Under the pieces are notes generated by a model. It was not told where the DNA came from and did not search any database. It saw only the letters and a program-made list of their open reading frames with translations. This document shows, piece by piece, positions 35,999-45,896 of a DNA stretch of 45,896 nt. The number at the start of each line of letters is the position of its first letter. The stretch's first letter is position 1. The position numbers and the translations under genes are program-made. Origin of the DNA: Octopus bimaculoides (taxonomy: Eukaryota); the NCBI RefSeq assembly GCF_001194135.2, contig NC_068981.1:109572156-109618051 (forward strand), written 5' to 3'.

Positions 35999-36379
35999 AA
36001 CAACAAACAAGATGAGGACAAATATCTGTAAAATATAAATAATGTACAAAAATGACAATGAAACAATTTACAAATAATACAGAACTTATTAAATAGTATA
36101 TTTTAAAATGGGAAAATTAAAAGAAAAATAATTGCTTGTCAAACATATCTTATTATTCATAAAAAAAAAGTGCACAATTTACACATACAAAAGAAAATAA
36201 ATTAAAAACAGTAAAAATCCTTGTCACAACAGAGTGCAAAATTTAAGTAGCCAGTTTATCACAGCAGTTGTAGGACTAAATTTACAAATCTCAAAACTTA
36301 TTGGCTGTTCAACAACAAAACCCAACATGTAAAGTTTACAAGTTAAAGATGTACTGCATTGATGATAAGAGTGTTGCTT

Positions 36380-37720
36380 CTTGGGTTGAGAATGAGGATG
36401 TTGAAGGGTAGGTTCTTGTAACCTTCTTGAAAAAAAGCACCGAGTCTTGTTTGAATCTTTTGTTTTTCCTCTTTGTATATTTCTTGATGACAACATACTG
36501 CTCCTTTAATATTCGTTTCAACCTTGGTGAACATTTCAACATTCTTGTTTATTATTTACAACTGAGCAAGACCTTTGTTAAAATGGGGAAACATGTCTAC
36601 CAGCCCTTTTCTCATTTTGTCTTTTTCTCTTCCTTTGTTTCTTTATAATTCTCTCAGCTCCTAATTCAATGAAATCCTTGTTGGGCAGCTCTTTGGATCC
36701 ATAGTCTAACTCTACTTCTAACTGAAGTGTTTGGCCAATTTTACAATGTTTTATTTAATTCCACCCAGCTCTTCATCAAAACCAGCAAATGCAGTATTTG
36801 AGATACTGTTTCCATTTACTTTTATATCTTTAAACTTACACTCTCCCATGCTGTTGCAATATTTAGTGTGTAATGAAGAATGTTATAACTTTTCAGTACT
36901 CTCTCAAATCTTGCCATCTTGCAATAGCTTGGGCAAATCTGGGTTGAATGCTGTTGTTAGCCCTGACTCTATCTGTTGAAGGACAGAAGTGGTAGATGAG
37001 GCAGAAGTTTAGGTATATTGTTGCAAGTTAATATAATCTTGAATAAGATTTCTTTTTCAATGCAGCATTCTTATACATTTGGAATAAAATATTTTGAAAA
37101 CCAGTCTTCAATGCTTACTTGTTTGATTAATAGTGGAGAGGCAGTATATTTTTAATATTTTTAAATGCACACCACTTTACAGAAAGATAGATTAGGAAAA
37201 GTTTTTAAGTTTGCAGCTACATTCCCTCCTAGTAATAGAATGTCTTAAATCCAGGCATGATTTTTTTTGCTCTTTGTGTATATATGTTCAATCAGGGATA
37301 CTCTTCCAATATAGGCCAGTTTCAATCATACTGAAAATTTGTCCTATTAAAATCCCTCTATTTAGATGAATTAATCCAAAGATTTAATAAACATCAGCTT
37401 CTCCTGTTATTTGAACATTATGGAAAGTCTTTCCTTCTTTGTATTTTTTATTATTATTTTTTTTTTTTGTAAACCATTGCTGACTTGAAAGTCTTCTTTG
37501 TATTCCTTTCCCATTCATTCCTTTAAAGCTTCAAAAATACCTAGTGCCTTACTAGGATTTGTTAGTAGGCTTCTTGGATATATGCTGTCTTTAATCCAGA
37601 GCACCAATATTTCCTTCATTTTGTTGACAAATCCATATTGTTTCTTTGTTATTATAATTGCATGCATAGCATCAGAACCTTTTCTGCATTTAAAACCCTT
37701 TCCTTGTCTTTAATAATAAG
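36380..37720 (-). pseudogene. Decayed Tigger/pogo transposase
   Basis: MKEILVLWIKD; FHNVQITGEA; QIFSMIETGLYWK; LLGGNVAA; EDWFSKYFIPNV; NVEMFTKVETNIKGAVCCHQEIYKEEKQKIQTRLGAFF (Tigger C-terminus). Confidence 0.8.
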
Positions 37721-37904
37721 GGAGATTATTAAATGAAACAACTGTAAATCACATCATAACATTTACTCCCACCACTGCAACAACTATACTGGCTCATACT
37801 GGTAAATGGAAAAAATCTTCCTTTTGCATGACAATTTTGGTAAAGTAAATTTTTAGGAGCTTTGAAGGTAGTTGTGATATGTGTGCATCCTGAATATAAT
37901 AGTC

Positions 37905-38470
37905 AGAAGAGGCAAGTGAAATCGAAATCAAGTTAAATTCTACGACTGGCACCCATGCCAACGTCGTCTCCTTCATTGAACACGAAACTCAGCTTGCGAA
38001 GACTTACTGGGGAAAGCAAAAGCGAAATCGTGGGCACCTGTGCCCAGCGTCGCCTTTCTGGCACTTGTGCCCACGGCATGTGTAAGGACTTTTGAGTGAG
38101 ATCGTTGCCAGTGCCCCTGGACTGGCTCTTGTGTGGGTGGAACATAAAATACACCATTCTGAGCGTGGCCGTTGCCAGTACCGCCTGACTGGCCTTTGTG
38201 CTGGTGGCACGTAAAAGCACCCACTACACTCTCTGAGTGGTTGGTATTAGGAAGGGCATCTAGCTGTAGAAACTCTGCCAAATGCTGTGCGTGAGACTTA
38301 AATCTAAGGCCTCAGCCAGTCCACTTATGCGTACCTTCCTTCATTGGACACGAAACTCCACTTGCGAAGACCTGTTGAGGCAAGTGTAATTGAAATCGAG
38401 TTAAATTCGACGACTGGCACCCATGCCAACATCGTCTCCTTCATTGGACACGAAACTCAGCTTGCGAAGA
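37905..38470 (+). mobile_element. RTE 3' UTR fragments in tandem
   Basis: Units gaggcaagtgaaatcgaaatc...ctggcacccatgcc...cagcttgcgaagac shared with 1737-1905. Confidence 0.85.
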
Positions 38471-38691
38471 ATTATTGGAAGGGCCACTTAACTGTAGAAA
38501 TGCTAGTTGCATCAATATGCAAATGACTGAATTTATAAAAATGATCCTACAAATGCTAGCATTGAGAATTGGATGTAAACAGTAAAGTTGAAGATTCAGT
38601 AAAATTCTGCTATAGTAAGAAATTCCAAAAGCATAAAAATGTAAGACTTTGATAAAAATATATTTTCATCCCCACACTCCCAATTAAAAAT

Positions 38692-39436
38692 TTATTCAGC
38701 TGTTGATAAACTTAGCTGTTTATTTTTAGCATAATCCAAAGTGCTACTCAGAATCCTTTTCTCACACATGACCATCTGGAGTGAAAGTTTTGCCCTTTCA
38801 CTCAATTCGTTGTTATCTAAGTGTTCATCAGTTTCAAGGGATGTAGCGTAAGTTTTAAGCAATAATTGAACCCTGGTGGCAATGAACTGCCACACTTTCA
38901 TTTCATTTTCTTGAGAAACTATAACTTCTTCATTGCCCATCTGAGACAGCAAATCGGCAGCATTTTCTCCGGTAAATCTTTCCTGGAGATTTTCTTGATT
39001 CATGCAGATGACACGCAAGAAAGATAACAATTCTCTGGAGACAGGCTTAGACCCTGCGTTCAATTGGAAGCTTTTGGAAGGCAACATTAATAGCCGACCT
39101 AACACCTCACTTTTAAGAGCATACAATGGATCGCTTTTACTGATGCCTAATTTAATGGTAAGGGTATCAAATAAATTCTCCATATAAACAAAACCATTGT
39201 GTATTAGTAATTCTGAATTTGAACGAGGGCCATAAAAAATAAAAATCTGCTCTCCTTTTTGAAAATTTACCATAGCAAAACATTTTCCACAATTTTCAAC
39301 CATATCAAAATCTGTTGACAACTGCCCATTACAGTGATTGCACATATCCCAAAAAGGTATCAAAGCATTTATCATCTGATTTCCATTAGATGAAGGAATT
39401 TGATTCTGCCGTGTCATTACTGTACTCACTGCCCAT
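38692..39436 (-). CDS. SETD3: Terminal coding exon of actin-histidine N-methyltransferase SETD3
   Basis: Acceptor atacttttatatttcag|A-TGG-GCA (phase 2). Peptide (R)WAVSTVMTRQNQIP...LIPFWDMCNH...GEQIFIFYG.RSN.EL.IHNGF...IKLGISKSD.LYALK.EVL...LLSFLRV.CM...LLLKTY matches the SETD3 SET C-terminal and LSMT substrate-binding regions; stop TAA at 38694-38692. Confidence 0.93.
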
Positions 39437-39999
39437 CTGAAATATAAAAGTATAATATCATAGAGTAGGTCAGATGATGAAAAAGCACATACAAAAACCC
39501 ATCTTACAGTCAATAAACAGGAAAAAATTAATATAAAAATAAATGAAGAAATGAAAAAAGAAGAGTTCAATAAAATGTTATATACAGGAAAAACACAATG
39601 AAACTTTAAAGTTGACATATACATTTCAAAATGAATTTGGCTTTAAGCAGTTCAAGGCTGAAATAACATATATAATAATAGCAATTCCATGTTTAAATTG
39701 AGAAAGAAAATAACGAGGGAGACAAAATCTAAGATTTATTAAATGGATTCCAACAAAACACATGTTTAAAATATGTATGAAAACATCTACTTACAAATAT
39801 ATAACTACACATATATTTATTTTCTTCTAACATGTTTTAGTCATTGGACTGTGGCACCATCCACAAGAGTTGTAGTTGATAATATTGACCCTAGTAACAG
39901 TAATGTCCAGAGCATCTTTTTTACCAAGTCAACGTTGTAAAGGGAAATAACTCAAACAAAATTAAATACTGCAAATTAATTTTGTTTCACCCAACAATT

Positions 40000-41850
40000 A
40001 TTTATTTCCATTGCAAACGCCCACCCAATGATTTCACCACACCTCTTGCGTGTTCATAGTTTTGTACTGGATACATCATGTGGAATTACTGCCTACATCT
40101 TTTCTGCCTAGTGAACTGGGCCACTTTCCTAAAGGGATTAGCAAACTGTCTGATTTCTTGCTGATTGGAATTTTGGTCATTTCTAAATTAACTTTAAGGA
40201 CCTTTGTTTCCAGGTTTTGTTCCCACACCTGAAATTTCTTTTCTAAATCTACAACAAATTCAGCTATAATGAGGTCATTTGCATAGAGGAGTTCCCACAG
40301 GAAACTGGTCTTAAACTCCTCTGTTATGGGCAAGAGAAAAATGATAAATAGGAAGGGACTGAGAGCCATTGTACTTGTTATTCTTGCTTTACTGACAGTA
40401 TCCCTGTACATGATTTGAATGACTCTTATCAATCATTTTCTGCTTCTAACTTCCACAGTTGGGAAGTGAGGGACCCTGTCAGAAGCTTTCTCCAAGTTCA
40501 TGAAAGCCAAGTACATATGTTTACTGTTGGCTAAATACTTTTCCCGTAGATGCCTTAGAAAGAGAGCATCAGTAATACTTCTTCCCGACACAAAACCACA
40601 CTGCATCACATCTAGTCTAACTCTCTTCCTAATTAGTTGAACTATAAATCTGTACCTTTCAAGACCTGGTCCAGTAATTTTCTACTTCTGCAATCACTCT
40701 TCTCTAAGACATCTCATTTATTCTGGTGACAATTCACAATCATGTTGCTATGCCAGTCATTAGATATGATACCTTCTTGTACAATCTGATTAACTATACA
40801 GGTGTATGGGTGACTAGGCTGTAACCCACTCCACCAGGTATTTTTAACATCTCACTGATAATTCCTGATGGACCAGAGGCTTTTCTTGGCTTCATAGCTT
40901 TAATTACTTTATCTATCATACATCAGTCAAGTAGAATGGCTGGTCTCCGAGTTGAGTTCACACTTAGAAGTCTCTCTTTCTTCCATGCATTCTTCACATT
41001 TCGCATCCTTTTATAGTAGCACTTCCATGCCTCTTTCTTTTCAGAGTCACTAATTGCAAGAGTTCCATTACGCATCTGTACATACTTCTCTCCCACAATA
41101 TCTCAATTCTCTGATATACTGTCTTACAATCCAGAATGTCTCATGCCTCTGGTCCTCATACTGAAGAACATTAGCAAGCCTCTTCCTTTCTGCTTCTCCC
41201 ATTGCCAAGCTTCTCTTCAAGCTACCGGATATAACTCTCTGATACCCTCATTCTTCCAACTCCATCTCTGCTTTTCTGGCTCTGTCTACTTCACTGTTCT
41301 ACCATCCACAGATTTGGTTTGTAGCCTTTAGTAAGTTGTTTTCTTCCCACCTCATTTTGAGAACCAAATTCATAGCTTTCACGCACACACTGAAATCCAT
41401 CAGAATGCTGCCTAACATGTCCATTGAAGTCACTAGTCATGAAGATAAGGCCACTATCATTTGCATTCAAAATAGTCTGCAAAAAGGGCATCATGAAACA
41501 ATACTTTTGCTCATCCAGCAATCCTAATTGAAGAGCACAGGCAGAGATTAAAGTTGCTGTTGTATTTAAGCTTAAATATCCTATTGTGCACTCTAATAAC
41601 CTCGATTGCTTTTTCCACCCATTTATCAACTAAAAGTGCGACTTCATCCTCCACTATTACTCATTGCCTTCCCAGAAGATTTTATACTTATGTTCTGTGA
41701 GGAGTCTAGTTGTGGCTCCCCTCTCTCTTACCTCTTGCATGCAGCACTTACCTACACACCTCTATTTTAACTTTTCAAAAACCTCACTAAGCCTACCCTT
41801 CAATGTGCCTACACCATTTGAGGCTGGGTGGGAAGAGCAAAAGTATGGAC
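40000..41850 (-). mobile_element. Old RTE LINE (EN plus RT), decayed
   Basis: NGVGTLKGR..EV; CCMQEVR; MTSDFNGHV; ITEEFKTSFLWELLYANDL; GKWP...VGSNS. Confidence 0.85.
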
Positions 41851-42261
41851 CTGCAGGACAGCTTTCAACATCTAAGAAGAAGCTAAAGTTTTGTGGGAAC
41901 ATCTGCCTACAAGCAACCTACTCTTGCACATTAATAGCTATACAAATATAATAATATTACTGTTAGATTGAACCACCGTTCACCCAGATCTTCAATCATT
42001 CAAGGTCAAATAGATAAAAAAGAAAACATGGAAAAGGAAAAAAGCTAGAGGAGAGATATTATGTACAGCAATCACCTTCAAGACGATGGTGATAGCAGGT
42101 AGGATGAAGAGAGGGCAATACAGATGGGAATCTGTAAGCATCTGGGTAACATATACATGTAAATATTTATACATACACACACATATGTATATATATATAT
42201 ATANNNNNNNNNNATATATATATATATGCACACACATGCGCGCATGTATGTGTGTACACGT

Positions 42262-43240
42262 ACAGGCTATCACAGAAAAGTTTAAGGCTGGCTGTCTATG
42301 GGAACTACTATAAACTGATGATCTAATTCTCAAAGTTTAATATATATGGGAATTATAGACGAAATTATGGGCATGGAAGTTAAATCTAGAATTGAGAGAT
42401 AAGATAAACTTCGCAAAAATGAAAGATTTTGTAAGGATGAAAATAAGACAGAAAACTGGTACGCAATATGCGTAAAAGGAGTAAGTATAAACTCCATGTA
42501 CTGTACGAAATGTAAGCTATGGACATGTAAGAGATGTAGCAGAATCACAAGCAGACTAGCAGAGACCAAAAGCTTCATATGTAACAGATGCACTGGGGCA
42601 GTCACTACATACTATAAACATATAGGGAATAGACTTCCTTGAATACCTGGATGACTCACTAAAAGTAGCTGATAGCTTTTTCCACCTATAGTCAGCAAAG
42701 GAGATGGTTGTTCTGAAAGAATAGCAGCCAGAGTAAGAATAAGTTGAGGAGAGTTTAGTGGGCTACTACCACTTCCAGCAACAAAGGTCTTTTCCCCCAG
42801 AGTGAAAGGCAATTTCTAAAATGCTTGTGTTAGAACTGCAATGCCGCATGGTAATGAGACATGGGCCTTGAACACAGAAGGCATAAAAAGACTGGGAAGA
42901 AATAAAGTGAGCGTGCTCTGGGCAATGTAAGTGTGCTTGATCAACAGAGTATAAATGTGCTGAGAGAGAAACTGGGCAAAAGAAGAATTAAATTTAGTGT
43001 GCAAAAAAGAAGACTGTACAGGTATGGATAAGTGATGCCTATGAATGATGACAGCTGTTTAATGAAGTGCTGATTACTAAAATTGGCAGGAGCTTATGGC
43101 AAAGGAAACCCAGGAATACATGGGATAAAGTGGTGAAGCTTCATGGAGGAAATTACAAAAGACTGGGATGTTAGACAATATGTAGCTCTTGAGAAGACCT
43201 GCTCATCACAACAAAATTGAATTCTGGAAGCAATGTGTGT
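42262..43240 (+). mobile_element. Old RTE LINE 3' half, decayed
   Basis: QAITEKFKAGCLWELL*TDDLIL; CTKCKLWTCKRCS...FICNRCTG; RVKG...CVRTAM.HG.ETW. Confidence 0.8.
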
Positions 43241-43247
43241 TTATATA

Positions 43248-44351
43248 CTAGCAGTATAGCCCGGCGCTGCCAGGGATTAAGCTAGGATTATTAAGTGATC
43301 AAGTGCTTTATTTTAAACCAAAATAAGTAACATCGACATCAGATTTGAGCGAAATCCGTTGAAATTGTTTTGGCTGAAGGTGGTTTGCTGGCAATTTGAT
43401 TGGGAAATCCCATAAGGAATCAGTTTATTGGTTATTTCCACTCATTGACTGTTTTTTTTTTTTAAAGTTGCATTAGAGATCTGCATAGGAGAAGGTTGAT
43501 CTGAAGGTTTGCATTGGGGATCTGGATTGGAGTAACTTAGGAAAACTTACCAACAGCCTTAACTAAAAAATAAGGGGCCTGTCCCTTCTAGGTTAACTCT
43601 AACCCTAACCCTGACCCTAAAACCCTAACCGTAACACCCTAGTGGAAATCGTGCGGGTGTTAATGTGAAAAATTACCAAACCCTTTTTGTGGTCCAAAAA
43701 ACGGGTTGGAGGGGGGGTGACTGACAAATTGTTACATACCTTTTTGTTTCATAGTTGTTGTGAGATATAAACAAAACTCTTTCGCTCCTAAAGTAGTATA
43801 TGTACATGTGTGTGAGAGTGAGAGTGAGAGGGGGGAGAAAGATGAACGATTTAAAATAAATATATTTTAATTGTTGTGTGGGAAAGTATATATAATATCA
43901 TACAATATAGTGTCTTTCTGTGTCCCTCTTCCACTTTTTCGTTCTTTTTTTCTTTTCTTAGATGCTGGCAAACAAACTGTCTTGGTTAGAGAAATTTTTT
44001 TTCCTTAGCCACTTTGTGTCTCCCTTTCCCACTTTTTGTTGACTCTTTTTTTGTTAGACTCTAGCAAACACTCTGTATCTCCCCTTGTCACAAACACACT
44101 ATTTCTTTCTTTCTCTCTCTCCTTCACGCGCGTATGCACAGATTTGACTTCGCCATGTCAACAAACTTCAAAATTGGTAAAAGTTTATCGATTTTTACAG
44201 CTATACGTTAGTGCCTCTGAGAGAAAAAGTTGACGAAAATGCAGATAGAGTCATGACAAATCTCCTCCTAAAATTGGAGCGACATGCATGCTAATTTGTG
44301 GACATGCATAAATCATATTCACATACACACATACATCTCGGCTTTTATAGA
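43248..44351 (-). mobile_element. Non-autonomous Helitron (~1.1 kb)
   Basis: Minus strand A|TCTATAAAAGCCGAG ... ccctggcagcgccggg-ctatactg-CTAG|T: canonical TC/CTAG ends, subterminal hairpin, A-T target, no TSD. Confidence 0.85.
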
Positions 44352-44379
44352 TATGGATATGTGTGCACCACTTAATCTC

Positions 44380-44640
44380 CTCCACATCTCTCCAACTACA
44401 GCTCACTTTTGATACCACTTTATTTCTCACTTTCTTTCCAGAAACTTTTCACTTGTCACCCATTCTTCATCCATTAATATTGTTCTCTATACCCACACAT
44501 TACACTGATCATTCCCTCCTCCATCCACTTCCACTCATTTGACTATCAAACTCACTCCTCTCATGTACTATACCAGACTTTCTCTTCACCTCTCCTGAAA
44601 CCTACTCAACCATGTATCAACTATCTTGTCCTCCCTGTCT
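44380..44640 (-). mobile_element. Very old RTE-like 3' fragment
   Basis: Purine-rich decayed (Q)ER.R..WY.HV.R..E pattern. Confidence 0.4.
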
Positions 44641-44660
44641 GACTATGCTTGTCTCTCTCT

Positions 44661-44712
44661 CACAGGTGTGGCTATGTGATAAGAAGCTTGTTTCTCAGCC
44701 ACATGGTCCAGC
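44661..44712 (+). mobile_element. Isolated SINE head
   Basis: cacaggtgtggctatgtgataagaagcttgtttctcagccacatggt matches the SINE 5' end. Confidence 0.65.
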
Positions 44713-45896
44713 TAAATAAGATTTTTTTAGAAAAATCTTTTAAATTAGCATAAACATTTATTTACATGAAAGAAAATTACTGAAGACATAACACGTGCTA
44801 TTTTCAGGATATTGATGACAAAATGTGCAGCCACGCACAAAATGACAGGTTCTAAATCTTGTTTCCTAATTGGGTGAAAATGATCAAACTTTAAACCTCT
44901 ATAACTTTTTAAAACATTTTTCTGGAAAAAAATGAAATAACTCCAGCAATTCAGTTTGGGCAAGTGTATTACTGTGCCAAATTTTAAAATTTTCGGTAAA
45001 CTTTAACTTTTGAAATGCTGGCAGCCAAACCGATAAGATTCACATATAGATAATCTCAAAGATCTGTGAGGAGTAGATGTCAATAGTTTCAAAGAATATT
45101 TAGACAAATTTATACCTCATGTCACAGCATGAAATATAATGAGCAGCTCTGTCCTACTCACCACCCCTGTGTAAAGAGTTTGAGAGAGAGAGAGGGGAGA
45201 GTGTGAAATAAAAACTAGTAATGCTAAGGGCAATGTCCCAGTATGATCACAGCCTCTGACTGGAACCAGAAGTATGTATGTAAGCTGTGAAGGGTTCTTT
45301 TTAATGGTTTCAGTTGCGTGTGCAGCACTTTCGAGCACTTATGGGGTATAGGTTATTAATATTGCAGTAGTCATTTGAAGTTTCTCTGTAATGTAGAAGT
45401 CAATTTTTAACATTTCTGAATGATACCTTATCAGGTATTGCTCATATACTACTAGTCGTTTTGGTGTTTCCTCCTCCTTTATTACCTCGCATATCAAAAC
45501 AAAGATTAAAAAACAAACAAACAAACCGTCTGAATATAAGTAAACCACCTCTATTTCTTCCATTTCAATTTACTGTTCTCAAAAAAAAAAAAAAAAACTT
45601 TCCTGATAAATATTTTTTGATGACAATCTTTACCATAGCATCACCAAGATCTATGAAACCCATGATTTTTCTTGAGTTACTAATTATATATATATATATA
45701 TATGTATACATGTCTCTTAAAGGATAGAGCTCAAAATCAATGCATTGAAGATACTTTATTGCAGCAACAATTATAATAACAGAAACAACCACAATAAGCC
45801 AAACCTATGCACATTTCAATAGGGTATCCCGGAAAAATAAACCACATCATAAGATGTCTCGTAAAATATTGTAACAAATTACAACATATTACAAAT

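Noticed and set aside
39437-39624. N-terminal 62 codons of the 310-aa ORF as part of SETD3, or a single-exon gene
   Set aside because: Not SETD3-like; it is intronic sequence upstream of a clear polypyrimidine-CAG acceptor.
40000-43240. One RTE split by an inversion or twin priming
   Set aside because: Both pieces contain the same ITEEF..WELL.ADDL to VGSNS region, so they are two independent, oppositely oriented copies.

Overview
AT-rich, gap-containing eukaryotic genomic DNA dominated by transposable elements. The repeat families (tRNA-head SINEs, an RTE LINE with an (ATG)n tail) suggest an octopus or other cephalopod; this is inference, not verified. The only firmly recognisable host gene piece is the large terminal coding exon of SETD3 (minus strand, 38692-39436); its upstream exons were not found in the window. 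One further candidate exon (611-825) could not be assigned. Elements seen: many RTE LINE fragments, SINEs, a Gypsy integrase fragment, three R4/Dong-like fragments, a doubly internally deleted Tx1-like LINE, a Penelope GIY-YIG fragment, two Tigger fossils, a full-length hAT (Buster/Charlie-type) with TIRs and an 8-bp TSD, a decayed RepHel Helitron with a short non-autonomous relative, and Helentron/DINE-like elements. The most notable observations are two decayed hammerhead-ribozyme motifs, several perfect fold-back palindromes, a nested element stack at 14.6-19.2 kb and a four-fold repeat of the ADDL codons at an RT catalytic motif. I found no convincing wholly new biological system. Coordinates of degenerate elements are approximate, and all family calls come from motif recognition by eye.
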